A stretch of DNA of 62,804 nt, the filler included, from Aduncisulcus paluster (lineage: Eukaryota), in the NCBI GenBank assembly GCA_024181965.1. It is 4 parts of 4 records of this genome, joined end to end, with 100 filler letters (N's around TTAATTAATTAA, not from the genome) between each part and the next. Parts side by side here need not be neighbours in the genome. Positions count along the whole stretch, not along the records: positions 1 to 23,530 come from BQXS01012575.1; positions 23,631 to 42,287 come from BQXS01012577.1; 2 more parts are not named here. One strand, given 5' to 3'. A program made the position numbers and the translations under genes. The notes beneath the pieces were generated by a model. That model made no database searches. It had not been told where the DNA came from and was given only the letters and a program-made list of their open reading frames with translations. Within the stretch, counting starts at the first letter, position 1. Every line of letters starts with the position of its first letter. Positions 12,794-23,754 of the stretch are shown piece after piece.

Positions 12794-15700
12794 ATGTCTG
12801 AACACGGTGACTGGGTTAGGCAACAGATGCACGCTTTCACTGTTTGGGTGAATATGCGTCTCAAAGTGCGTGGTCTAAAGATCACTGACATTTCTAAAGA
12901 TTTTTGCAATGGTGTCCTCCTCTGTAAGTTGTGTGAGGTTTTGTTTGGTAAAGACTGCCCCGGTCGTACTATCCCAAATCCAAAATTCGAAGTTCATCAG
13001 CTTGAAAACGTAAAGCTTGCCCTCCGGATGATTGAAGCCGAAGGTGTCAAAGACATAACCACAACTCCATACCAAGTTGTTCATGGAGATGTTAAGATGA
13101 TTTTGGGTATGGTTTGGCTTCTTATTCTTCGTGTACAGGTTGAAGACATTACTGTCGAAGAGAAGAGTGCTAAAGAAGGACTTTTACTCTGGGCCAAACG
13201 TGTTACAAGCCCTTACAAACCCATGGTGAATATTCAAAACCTTGAGTCATCTTGGTATGATGCTCTTGGTTTCTTGGCCCTTCTTCATGCTTACGATCCT
13301 TCTTTCATCAACTGGGCTGCTATTCAGAAAGAAGTTCGTGCTGTTGAAGGACTCGGTAAAGATGATCCCAAACGTAAGGAACTCGTTGTGAAACATGCTA
13401 CCCTTGCTATTGACACTGCTGAGTCTCGTTTAAGCATTCCTCGCATTCTTGAGGCTGAAGAGCTGGCCTCTGGTGTTGTTGACGGAAGAATTATGCTTTT
13501 GTACATTTCTGAATATTTCCATGCCTTTGGTAAGGTGAAACAGGACGATAGAGCTGGTTTGCGTGTCCGTAGAATCATTGAGTTGAGTAAGCTCCTCGAC
13601 ACCACTCGTGAGGAGTATGAGAAGGAAGCCAATGAGTTGAAAGAATGGCTTGATGCTTCAAAACTTCGCTACACTCCTGAGATCTATACTCGTGATTCTT
13701 TGGAGACTTGTGCCGATATCGAGCGTGAAATTGATGCTTTAGGTCAATTCTCTATTGGTAAGACTGCCGATTCTATCCCCTCTCACGTCAAAAACCTCGC
13801 CAAGGTTGAAGCTCTCTTTTCACAATTCAATGTCATGCTTCGTAGTGAGGGAAGGAAACCATACGTTCCCAGCGATGCTAGACTCAACGCCAAACAATTA
13901 CACGGTCAGTTTGAGAAGCTCCAGCTTGATGTTCACTCATACAGAGCTTGGTTGAGAAAGGAATTGAAGAGAGAGTTCCAGATTGAATCCAACTGTGTCC
14001 GCTTTGACACTAAGTCTCAGGCTGTGTCTCGTTGGATGAAGGAAACTGCCACCCCTGCCCTTGATCGTCCTGTTGGTGATGGATACGATGTGCTTGTTGC
14101 CCAACAGCGTCAACATGAGGCCTTTTGCAAGGAACTGAAATCCACCCAAGAAAAAGTCAAGGTTTTGGGCAATATTGTGAATCAAATTCGTTCTTTGAAG
14201 GGAGAGTTTGCTGAAAAGCAGAAGACTCTCGCTGAAATTGAGAAGGAGCTCCAAGAGTTGGCCAAGAAATCCAACACCCGTACGAAGCAACTTGACAAGG
14301 AGGTCACCTCTGTCGAACGTGTTGAGACCTCTCGCCGGGCCCATGCCAAGCAGCTCTTTGATTCCATTGGTATTCTCAAGGCTCTTGAGGCCGAGGCTTC
14401 ATGTCTCGTTGTTGATCCTCGCCTGAGGACAGGAAGTGTTTCAGATGTTGAGACTTGTTCCCGTGAACTCAAGAAGAAGATGAAGGACATCGAGAAACAG
14501 GCCAAGGTCTGTGTGAAGGCCTCCAGAGACAAAGCTAAGGCTCTCTCCGATCCTGCCAACCCCCTCACAATCCTCACTATTGCCGATGTTGAGAAGGAAC
14601 ACGGAGTCCTCACTGAGACCATTGGAAAGGCTTTTGATGAAATCGACGCCCTTGTTCGTGAGGTCAAGAACCGTGCTAAGCTGAAGAAGGATTTGCAAGA
14701 AGAGCATAAGGCGCTCAATGAAGCCTTTGAGATTGTCCGTCTACAGGAAGTCCAAGCCGATGCTATCAAGGGAACTCTTGAGGCTCGTGAAATCATTACC
14801 CAGCTTGCTGATGTTGCTGTTCCCTTGACCCTCCAGCCCCGTGTTTCCCGGATCTCTGAGCTTGTTACTCAAATTGGATCTCACGACACTGAAGCCAAGG
14901 ATATCGAGACTGCTGCTCGTCTTCAGGTGTCCTCTCTTAGCAAGAGACTTGCTGCCAAGCGTAGTGCACTTGACAAGGTTGCTGAGCTCGATGAGAAGGA
15001 GGCTAAGGCTGCTGAGGAACGTAAGAAGGCCAAGGCTGAGGCCAATGTTCTCCTTGAGTATGCCGTCGAAGTGAGCAAGGTTCTTTCCACTCTCGATGAG
15101 ATTCTTGACTATGCAACTGAGCCTCTTCCAAAGGGTTCCATCAACACGCATGCCATGAAACGTGAGTTTGACACTTATCAGAATCGTTTTGCCGATGCTT
15201 ATGATCCATTCTGCGCTGTCCTTGAGCAAAGTGCCAAGTTCGATGAGGATGTCCGTGCTTATACTCCTGCTACCCCTGCTTTCCTGAGTCGTAGGTGGGA
15301 GGAGTTGGACAATGCCATGCAGGACAAGGAGAAGCGTGTCAAAGAAGCTGAAGAGGAATGGGAAAAGAATGAGGAGAAAAAGAAGGAGATCGAGCGTAAT
15401 CTCAGTGCTGTTGAGGTCAAGGTTGCCGAGGCTGAGAGTCTTGCCACCAAAGCCCGTCGTCAGACCTCCTCTGATGTCACTCACCAGATTGAATCATGGT
15501 TAGCCGTTGGAAAGAAGATGGCCAACGAGGACAGTGAGTCCAAGAGTGAGGATTACACCTCTGTCGAACTCAAGGATGAGTGTTTAGTCATTGAGGATGC
15601 TGCTCAGAGTATCAGTGATGATTCGCTCGTCATGCGTGCCCAGTCTGCCGTCCAGAAGGTAACTAAGCTTGAGAAGGAATGGAAGAATGCCACCCAGACC

Positions 15701-16174
15701 CTTCGTACCAAGGCTGCAAGTGAAAGTGAAGGAGAGGTCACTGCTGACGAGCTTGAGGAGTGGAGGAGTCTGTTCAACCACTTCGACTCTGATGAGACCA
15801 ACACTCTTGTTAGACATGAACTCCAAGCCCTCCTCACATCTTTGGGAGAGGATGTCAGTGACACTGAAGTTGAGGAATTGTTGCGCAAGTATGGTTCTTC
15901 ACCCATAACTGGTGGAATGTCTTGCACCTTCAAACAATTTGTCAACCTTATGACCCACAGATCTAAGGAACACGATAACTATGATGCTGTTGTTGGAGCT
16001 TTTAGAGTTCTTTCAGGTGGTGATGAAGTAATTACCATGGAACAACTTAGTAAGGCAGAATTAGACCACTCTCACGTTGAATATGTTGAAAAGGCCATGA
16101 AAGAAGGAAAGAACACAAAGGGAGACGATGGATACGAGTTTGTTCCTTTCGTTGACCATGCCTTTGGGAAATAA
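12794..16174 (+). CDS. Alpha-actinin-like actin cross-linker (2 CH domains, extended spectrin/coiled rod, C-terminal EF-hands), 1126 aa
   Basis: CH1/CH2 motifs (QQMHAFTVWVN, MILGMVWLLILR, SAKEGLLLWAK), spectrin-like rod, EF-hand (FNHFDSDETNTL) and actinin-type C-terminus (AFRVLSGG...YEFVPF). Confidence 0.88.
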   Translation: MSEHGDWVRQQMHAFTVWVNMRLKVRGLKITDISKDFCNGVLLCKLCEVLFGKDCPGRTIPNPKFEVHQLENVKLALRMIEAEGVKDITTTPYQVVHGDVKMILGMVWLLILRVQVEDITVEEKSAKEGLLLWAKRVTSPYKPMVNIQNLESSWYDALGFLALLHAYDPSFINWAAIQKEVRAVEGLGKDDPKRKELVVKHATLAIDTAESRLSIPRILEAEELASGVVDGRIMLLYISEYFHAFGKVKQDDRAGLRVRRIIELSKLLDTTREEYEKEANELKEWLDASKLRYTPEIYTRDSLETCADIEREIDALGQFSIGKTADSIPSHVKNLAKVEALFSQFNVMLRSEGRKPYVPSDARLNAKQLHGQFEKLQLDVHSYRAWLRKELKREFQIESNCVRFDTKSQAVSRWMKETATPALDRPVGDGYDVLVAQQRQHEAFCKELKSTQEKVKVLGNIVNQIRSLKGEFAEKQKTLAEIEKELQELAKKSNTRTKQLDKEVTSVERVETSRRAHAKQLFDSIGILKALEAEASCLVVDPRLRTGSVSDVETCSRELKKKMKDIEKQAKVCVKASRDKAKALSDPANPLTILTIADVEKEHGVLTETIGKAFDEIDALVREVKNRAKLKKDLQEEHKALNEAFEIVRLQEVQADAIKGTLEAREIITQLADVAVPLTLQPRVSRISELVTQIGSHDTEAKDIETAARLQVSSLSKRLAAKRSALDKVAELDEKEAKAAEERKKAKAEANVLLEYAVEVSKVLSTLDEILDYATEPLPKGSINTHAMKREFDTYQNRFADAYDPFCAVLEQSAKFDEDVRAYTPATPAFLSRRWEELDNAMQDKEKRVKEAEEEWEKNEEKKKEIERNLSAVEVKVAEAESLATKARRQTSSDVTHQIESWLAVGKKMANEDSESKSEDYTSVELKDECLVIEDAAQSISDDSLVMRAQSAVQKVTKLEKEWKNATQTLRTKAASESEGEVTADELEEWRSLFNHFDSDETNTLVRHELQALLTSLGEDVSDTEVEELLRKYGSSPITGGMSCTFKQFVNLMTHRSKEHDNYDAVVGAFRVLSGGDEVITMEQLSKAELDHSHVEYVEKAMKEGKNTKGDDGYEFVPFVDHAFGK

Positions 16175-16472
16175 GTATCCTGAACTATACTATTGGCAAC
16201 ATTGATGATCTTTCGTGAATACTCGCTTGTGATGTTGTCTAATCTATTTTATTTTGATATTTTTTTCTTGGAATCTTTTGTATTAAGGCGCATTCGTTGT
16301 GCTTATTGATTGTTGTAGTTGGCCATTTTCGAGAATAAATGGTTGTATTGCTATTGTTTTAGTACTGAATACTCAGAGTGGCGACTATTGAACTGTTTGA
16401 ATAAAAAATGCTATTTGACAGTTGTTTTACAATCTTTATCACATATATATACCTTATATTGAGAAAAATAAC

Positions 16473-18200
16473 TTATTTTAACTCCTCAAGAAGAGCATCT
16501 AAACCCTCATTATCTAATTCAATGCTTAGGAGACAATTCTTGTTGCGAAGACTCCCGTTATTTTTGATGAAGCCGTGATCAATAAACTCTGAGAGTTGAT
16601 TAGCAACATAATCCATTGATTTAATAACGATTTGTTGCTGTACTGCAAGAAGTAAGAGCTCAAGACTGACGGGTTGAGGATCAGCATCTCCTTCTCCTCG
16701 TGTTAGCTTGAGAAGAATTGAAAAAATCTCAACGGACTGTTTGGGAATAGATTCACAGATTCTAAGAATATTTTTGAGAGTGGATTTTCTATTTTCAAGC
16801 TTTTCTGCTTCCATTTCCTGTTTCTCTTGTAATTTACCCTTTTTCCGGCATACTTGGGCAGACAATCTTGATTTTGATCTTTTGTGGGGCATAAAAGTTG
16901 GCATGTGGACAAAGAAAGGTGATAATCCAAACAAAAGGGACTTTTCCATGAAAGGGATCGAAGGCATAGTATCTATTGAAGCTAAACAATGAACATTTGG
17001 TAACTTGACAAGTTCAACGATTGATTCGAGTTCTTCCTGGTTTGATATGGCATCTAGTCCATCGATGAGGAGAAAAACATGTTCTGTGAGAGAGTCAACA
17101 GTCATCACAGATTGAGTGAGTCCCTGGTGATCGAATACAGATTGATCAGTACCCATTGATGTTATTATGTGAGAATCAAGCTTCGATGAGGGAGTTTCAT
17201 GACCATAGAGTTCTTGAAGAACATCGTCCCAACCCTTGGAAGGGACCGCATGGGGAGACGACACGTGAGAAGGACGAAGGAGAGAGACAAGACCATTAGT
17301 CAGTTCAGGGAGGGGAGATCGAAGGGAATATTTGCTCCTTTTTAGGGGAGTGTGTGAGGATCGCTTCTTTCTTTGGGCAAGGGTTCGACTCCGACGTCTT
17401 GCAAGTCGCTCACCTCTATCAGATGGGGAAGAATCACACGAAAAGTTGGAAGGGGAAGAAGAAGAGAGAGAGGAAGAAGAAGAAGATGGGGAGGAAGAGG
17501 AAAAAGAAGAAGAGGAGGAAGAAGGAGAAGAAACAGAAGTGGAGACCCGTTGTGGAGTTTTCGGGAAGAAAGTAGATTTCTTGGATGGAAATGGATTGGA
17601 CTCTTTAGACTCAGGTTTTTCTTCGTCTTTGCTTGAAGAAGAATCAGAGAACTCGGAACTATGATCTGGAGAAGAACCAGAATCATTGCGATATAAATAT
17701 GAATAATCTTCAACTTTTTTTTCGTCTTCGAACTCTTTTTGAGCTTGTATTGTTATTAAAATATTTAATATTGCAGATTTGAACATAAATCCATCAGATC
17801 TAGGAAATAGCCTCACGACGGAGGCAGGTCCATTAAATATGTTTGAATTGGTTGTTTGAATATGATTAATAGCTATTTGTAATTGAAGTTCTCCTTCTTT
17901 TTTTGATATTTGTCCCTTTCTAATTCTTTTAGTGATGTGTCTCCTTGCATATCTTACTCGGAGCTTATATTGATCAATAACATCATTTGGATCAAGTTCA
18001 TCTTCATCTTCATCTTGAATACCGCCAGAATATGTGGCACCTTCGGAGGCTAGCCACTCAAATAAACGGCATTGATCATGATACTCTTTCTGCGCTTGCC
18101 CTGCTAGATCTTCGGCCAATTGTGAAAGTTGTGCTGATTTTTTCCCAGTGCCATACAATATTATGGACATTCCAGAGCGAATCGCCTTTACAATATCCAT
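16473..18200 (-). CDS. ORC2: Origin recognition complex subunit 2-like protein
   Basis: N-terminal SGMSIILYGTGKK (Orc2 GFNLLLYGxGSK), VFLLIDGLD...LVKLPNVHCLASID, HMPTFMP (Orc2 TTxxPY region) and winged-helix end QLSEFIDHGFI (Orc2 LxEFxDHxLI). Long Ser-rich insertion. Confidence 0.8.
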   Translation of the reverse strand: MDIVKAIRSGMSIILYGTGKKSAQLSQLAEDLAGQAQKEYHDQCRLFEWLASEGATYSGGIQDEDEDELDPNDVIDQYKLRVRYARRHITKRIRKGQISKKEGELQLQIAINHIQTTNSNIFNGPASVVRLFPRSDGFMFKSAILNILITIQAQKEFEDEKKVEDYSYLYRNDSGSSPDHSSEFSDSSSSKDEEKPESKESNPFPSKKSTFFPKTPQRVSTSVSSPSSSSSSFSSSSPSSSSSSLSSSSPSNFSCDSSPSDRGERLARRRSRTLAQRKKRSSHTPLKRSKYSLRSPLPELTNGLVSLLRPSHVSSPHAVPSKGWDDVLQELYGHETPSSKLDSHIITSMGTDQSVFDHQGLTQSVMTVDSLTEHVFLLIDGLDAISNQEELESIVELVKLPNVHCLASIDTMPSIPFMEKSLLFGLSPFFVHMPTFMPHKRSKSRLSAQVCRKKGKLQEKQEMEAEKLENRKSTLKNILRICESIPKQSVEIFSILLKLTRGEGDADPQPVSLELLLLAVQQQIVIKSMDYVANQLSEFIDHGFIKNNGSLRNKNCLLSIELDNEGLDALLEELK

Positions 18201-18377
18201 AATTTGCAGCGAAAAAACTGATTTTGTGTGTCCAATTTTTTATTCATTTAGTTTAGAAGATTTAGAGACAAAGAATAATTTATAATATACATTTTCAAAA
18301 ATAAATCTACATTTTTTATTTTCAAATTGGTTCGATTATGACGAAAAGAACACAATTGTAATTTTGCCTTTTGTCGA

Positions 18378-20786
18378 ATGGGCCAACTTTTAGAAACTAA
18401 ACGTCAACAGTTGCAAAAGATTCTTAATTCTGTTGATAGAAAAGATGACGTGACGTATCAACGCTTTATGGGAAAAGCTCTAAAGGATTCCTATAGTGAA
18501 TCACCTTTTACTTGTGATGAGCTTTGTAAAATTATTGAAGAAGCATATGAAATGATGTTAAAAGAAAGAACTCCAATCTTTATTAAAAAGGGAAATAGAT
18601 TTTTCTCACTATTATCGACTCTACCAACATTTTTACGTGATAGTACCCTTAGACGTTTGAATCAGCTTGAAAAGAAGAATATTGCTGAATTTATTCAACT
18701 TTGTGAAGCAAAAGGGCTGTTTAAGAAAATATTTAATGGATATGTTACCGAGTTTCGTAGCTTTCTCGAAATTCTTTTCCGTTCACCTCAAACTTCTGAT
18801 TCAAAGCAATTTAAGATTGGAAAACAGTTATTACCTATCAATTATGATTGTTTTGCCTTATTTAATTCTTTCAAAACTATTCTCTCTCCAGATAGATTCA
18901 ATGATATTTCTCGTGAAATGATTCGGCTTGGATTCATACTCGAAGAGATTTTGAAAGCACCGCCACATATGTATCCATCGAAATCTAAAATTGAGGAATG
19001 GGATAGAAACTTTAAAAGTGAACTTGAAAAGAAAGCTGAACAAACAATTCATGAACAAACCAAATTAAGTGGAAGTGTTTCCCAAGCTATTGGCGCTGTC
19101 TCCCAATTATCTGATGCCCGTATTCCTACTTCTGTTGGTTCAGGGCAACCATCGATGTCTCACTGGGACAAAGCTCCATTCCTACTCTCAGACTATCCCT
19201 CTGCCCGAAATAACATTGAACTTCAGCGGATGATTGATGGAGTTGATTACCATTGTGAAGAGATCATGAAATATGCCCTTTCTTCTTTGAAACGGCTTGA
19301 ACAACATCAATGTAAGATCTGTGGTCGAGTTTACCCTTCCGAAGAGATGCTTGAGCGTCACAACCGCATTACAATTCATCCGACGCGTGTCTTGTATGAG
19401 ATGGAAGGCGAGGATTTTGATGAGACAACCCTGATGGATGACGACGGATCGTTTGATAAAAGGAGACGTGGTGAGTTTTCTCTCTGGGAAAAACGGAGGA
19501 GAGAGAAGATGAGGGAGGAGATTCGAATGCGTGTTGAAGAGAGGAAGAAGATGTACGAAGAAGCAAGGAGAACTTCTGATGATGTCCTTGGACTCGATCA
19601 GAAACTCCTAGAACCTGAGCAACATCCTTCCTTAATGTTCAGACTGATGTCAATGTCTGAGTATGAATTTAAACAATCTACATGTGTTGATACCGTTAGT
19701 AGACATGCTGTGGATATGATGTTGAAGAGAACCAAGGAAATGGGTTATAAGATGGGTCATGGCGCTCTCTCTCTTCCTCAAGGGTCCCATACAATCGGCT
19801 CAGATATAGCCCATGGCAAGAGAGATGGGGCTGATGTCTCTGGAACGAAACAGAGTCCACTCATCTGTCTTGTGTCTGACGGGGAGCACAGCTGTATCCA
19901 TTGTGGTCGAGTTCTACAGACTCAGTGGGTCACCGAGGGTCAATTAATCGCCTCTGGAAGGAGCAGACTCAGTCACGAGGAACGTATTGGATCTTTATAT
20001 GAGGAGATGCATTCCTTCGAGCATCGGAAGGAGATTGCTCTCAGAGATGAGTGGGAGAAGGAGAAGCTGAGACTCGAGGCTCTTGTGGGTCATGGAGTTT
20101 CTCATGTTCCAATTTTAGATGGTGATGAGAAGGTTGGAGCTGAAGTGAATCGGGAACAAGCTGATACAGAAAAAGACATAGATACAATGAGAACTCGTCT
20201 TGGATGGATTCAGAAACATCTACCCAAACTAATTGAGATGTCTCGTAAACGACTCAGGGAGAGGGAGAGGGAACTTTCTGCCTCGAATAAGAGGAAGAAA
20301 GAGATTGAGAGTGCTCTTAAGGGTTCGATGTCGAGTGGATGGGGTGTATTCGATGTTGTTGAAGCCTCTTCTCTCTCTCTTTCCACCCTTCAGACCACCG
20401 ATGAGGATCAGAGTACCGGTTCAGCCACTGACAAGAAGCCCACCATGCTCTCCCTTGTGTCAGGGTATATCCATACGGACTGCCAGGAAGAACTTTTGGA
20501 GAAAGAGAAGGAAGAGAAGGTAGCGAAGTGGAAGGCAATCGAGGACCAGTGGAATATGATGAAAGGTGTATCGAAGGGTGAGGATGAGAAAAAAGAAGAG
20601 GAAGAGGAGGGTGTCCAAGGGGGACCTGATGTTTCTGTTGTGAGTGGGAAAGGAAGATCGATTCCAACAGCCAAAAAAGTGGATCGTATTGAGGGTATTC
20701 AAGATGGGAAAGTACGGACTGGGTTCATATTCTTGGATGATGATACTGATGACTATCAAGCATTGGAGGTTCCAATATTAAAATAG
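18378..20786 (+). CDS. Zinc-finger protein, possibly a divergent Pcf11-like polyadenylation/termination factor
   Basis: Helical N-terminus, C2H2 finger QCKICGRVYPSEEMLERHNRITIH, then CIHCG...W...GWGVFDVV...GYIHTDC, resembling the Pcf11 C2HC finger split by a long insertion. Confidence 0.45.
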   Translation: MGQLLETKRQQLQKILNSVDRKDDVTYQRFMGKALKDSYSESPFTCDELCKIIEEAYEMMLKERTPIFIKKGNRFFSLLSTLPTFLRDSTLRRLNQLEKKNIAEFIQLCEAKGLFKKIFNGYVTEFRSFLEILFRSPQTSDSKQFKIGKQLLPINYDCFALFNSFKTILSPDRFNDISREMIRLGFILEEILKAPPHMYPSKSKIEEWDRNFKSELEKKAEQTIHEQTKLSGSVSQAIGAVSQLSDARIPTSVGSGQPSMSHWDKAPFLLSDYPSARNNIELQRMIDGVDYHCEEIMKYALSSLKRLEQHQCKICGRVYPSEEMLERHNRITIHPTRVLYEMEGEDFDETTLMDDDGSFDKRRRGEFSLWEKRRREKMREEIRMRVEERKKMYEEARRTSDDVLGLDQKLLEPEQHPSLMFRLMSMSEYEFKQSTCVDTVSRHAVDMMLKRTKEMGYKMGHGALSLPQGSHTIGSDIAHGKRDGADVSGTKQSPLICLVSDGEHSCIHCGRVLQTQWVTEGQLIASGRSRLSHEERIGSLYEEMHSFEHRKEIALRDEWEKEKLRLEALVGHGVSHVPILDGDEKVGAEVNREQADTEKDIDTMRTRLGWIQKHLPKLIEMSRKRLRERERELSASNKRKKEIESALKGSMSSGWGVFDVVEASSLSLSTLQTTDEDQSTGSATDKKPTMLSLVSGYIHTDCQEELLEKEKEEKVAKWKAIEDQWNMMKGVSKGEDEKKEEEEEGVQGGPDVSVVSGKGRSIPTAKKVDRIEGIQDGKVRTGFIFLDDDTDDYQALEVPILK

Positions 20787-21590
20787 TAGAAAGATCGATT
20801 TCAAAATAAAAGTTATTATTTGTTTTCTATTTCGGGATACAGTTTGAAAGATCATGATAGATCACTTGCTCGAATGATATATTTAATTATCTTAAATAAG
20901 GGATCTTCACAAAGAAGTGAAGAAGAATATATGTGTTGAAGTAATGAAAAGCGATTTGCCATTCTGTTTCATCAGACATTTGTCCAATCATCAACTACAC
21001 TATTGGTTCGTTAACAAGACGTTAACTCGCCAAAACTCAATCTCTCGCAAGCATGACCCAAACTTCAGCCAGTGAAAATCATCAATCATAAGAAAAATGA
21101 TAATTCGCTTCATAATAAAAGAGGTTGGCCCGTATTGGGCTAAGAAACCCAATAGTCCAACAGGAAGGAATAAATCCTTCACTCGCAATTAAAAGAGGAA
21201 GCTGGCATGAGGATGAAATAACCTGCGACAAAAAGAAGATGTAATTCGTGATGAATCAATAACCAAAAATAGAATGAATAACTCTGACATGACATGCAAG
21301 ATTGAAATTAAAATGATCGAATAAATTATATTATAAACAAATATTTGGTTTGAAATTATTTGATTATTTACACATTTTGCGTGTATTAACACAGCTAGGA
21401 TTATCTTATTGTATACAGAAGATCATCTCGATAAGAAGTCCTAAATCATATTTATCTTATTTCAAATATTATTTTTAGTGCAAAAAATAATGAGAAGGCT
21501 TTGCATTATGGATCCATGGCCTGGGACTCCACAGTGTTCATTTTGACAACCAATACGCAGTGATAGATATAATACAATCACTGTACCACA

Positions 21591-23530
21591 ATGGAAAAAT
21601 ATAAAATTTTGTTGAATATTCTTAATTTAATTTCTAAAGGGTTAAAGAGGAAAGATAAAGCTTTCAAAGGTGTATGTCGATTTTTTCCCTTTTATGTGAA
21701 TTTATTTTTTTGTGATTTGATTTTTTAATAACGATTTATCCCTATTTCTATTTAGAAATTGAATGAAGCCTCCGAGATTGTTGGTGCTGCTATTAAACTA
21801 TTAGATATTCAAGCTAGTATGTTATTTATTTAATTATTTTACGATTGGTTTTGTTTTATGGGTATATTTATCCTGATGTAAATTTTTTTTCCATATTTCC
21901 TTAGTTGGACAAAAAGAAGACTTCTTCACCGAGATAGCCATTAGTTCTCTGGGAAAGAAGAATGCCACTTTCTTAAAACATGCATGTTCATTGATTCTCT
22001 GGTTAAATGAGAATTCAATTCTTTCACATCGGAATACTGAGCTTATTTTGCGAGAATTCCTTTCTATCTCATCTTTTTTTGCTACATCACTTGAATCTTG
22101 TAATCTTATTATATCTACAACTAAGTCTCTGACGAATCATGCGATTGAATCTTATGATGTAGCTCAGGTTTACTGCCATATTATGACTTCTTTCACAGCT
22201 AATCAAAAACTCACCAATGTCGTTGAAACTGCTGAAAATGCGATTTATCATTTATCTAAGACAGTAATTGCCTCAATTCGTGGTGTTGTTGAGCATGAAA
22301 TGGGTGTAGTTACTCGTGTCACAGCTTCTCCTCAAGCTAGGCTTTGTACTGCTCTTGGAAGGGATTGTGCTCGTATTCTGGGAGGTAGAAAAGGTCAATG
22401 CGAGATTCTGAAACGTTCTGTTCCCACTCAATCCATGATTGAAAGCGTATCTCTTCCGTGTGCTCTCAGTATATCTCACATCCTTCTACATGAGAATATG
22501 AATTATATCCCAGAAATGATGACAACCTTATCACACACATTGCTTAAATCATGTCTATCTCTGGTTAAATCTAAATCTATCGCCATTCCTCTTAAGAAGT
22601 CTGTGTTTTTATATATCGCTTGTCTTCTTTCATTTGTATGTCTTTCTCAGACTCCAAAAGTACTTCTCACGACAATTATGCACCTTGTTTCTTTATGTAA
22701 GAGTCCAGTTCTTGACGAGAAAATGTGTGGATTCATCTTGATCCATCATTTGTTCTCTATGTCCCATCATACATTATCCCAATTACCTCCTCTATTACGT
22801 TGGACCTGTGCATACGGTTGCAGCCGTAATAATCCGGTTATAGCCGCCATTCATGTCTGCAAGGACTTTGTTGATGAGATTGTTCGTGGGTGTCGTGAAG
22901 GTCAGGTTCTATGTGATGATGTTATGCATTTGGTGTACAGTATGTTCCACAATACTGTTCAAGATTACCCTCAGACTCATGTGGTTGTAGAGACCAAGAG
23001 TGAGCTCATTAGGAACTCGGAGTGTGATGAATCCTGTCCATTCTCTCTCTCCTTCCTATCCTCCTCTCCATCGATGTCCTCCAAGACAAACAAACAGCTC
23101 CAACCTATCTTGACTTCTTTCCCGCTCACCTCGGCTCTGATGGCCTCTCTGTTGAATAACTCTCCGTATATGGTCTGGGTCGAAAAGAGGCACAAAGAGA
23201 GAGAGGAGAAAGAGATCAAGAAAAGGAACCAACGTACAAACAAGGATAAGTTTAATCGTCTTCACGTAGTTGCTAAGGAGATTGTTCTACATAAGTACAA
23301 TCATTTCTCTCCAGGAGTCCATCTCCCCGCGGCTAGTTCCTACTGTGCTACCTCCATGGCTCTGACAGTGTGTATGTTGTGCTCTATTCGGGTGATTAGT
23401 GAATGTGCAAGGGTTCTCTCTGCTATGGGTGAGAAGAGACGAATCGGCTTGGAAGACGAAGGTGAGAAGAAGAGGGAGAAAGAGAAAGAGAAAGAAAAGG
23501 AGAAGGATTCAGAGAAGGATAAATTACCAA
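21591..23530 (+). CDS. Hypothetical helical-repeat-like protein, exons 21591-21671, 21756-21816, 21905->23530; truncated by contig end
   Basis: Two GTATGT...TTAG introns (21672-21755, 21817-21904) join ATG 21591 in frame with ORF 21991-23530. Confidence 0.75.
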
Positions 23531-23630
23531 NNNNNNNNNNNNNNNNNNNNNNNNNNNNNNNNNNNNNNNNNNNNTTAATTAATTAANNNNNNNNNNNNNN
23601 NNNNNNNNNNNNNNNNNNNNNNNNNNNNNN
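23531..23630. other. Artificial contig-joining spacer
   Basis: N44-TTAATTAATTAA-N44 (stops in all six frames); the identical spacer recurs twice more. Confidence 0.95.
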
Positions 23631-23754
23631 ATTTATTATTTTTTTATTTTTATCTGATTGCTTAATAGCAAACTTGATGAATCCAAAATTCTTACACTAC
23701 TAAAGCGATGGTTTCAATAGGAACATTCCCACAAAAAGAATTGTTTATAGCTTT

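Noticed and set aside
12875..15945. Many long antisense/alternate-frame ORFs over actinin (likewise over the importin and IQ genes)
   Set aside because: By-products of codon bias in long real genes; no recognisable motifs.
21060..21240. U3 snoRNA or spliceosomal snRNA assignment
   Set aside because: Only loose box B/C/D-like words; no convincing box A/C', Sm site or U2/U5/U6 invariant motif. Kept only as an unassigned structured candidate.
23575..23586. TTAATTAATTAA palindrome between N runs (also 42332-42343 and 54621-54632) as a TSD or regulatory site
   Set aside because: Identical 100-nt N44/12/N44 block three times: an artificial contig linker. Gene neighbourhoods across it are meaningless.
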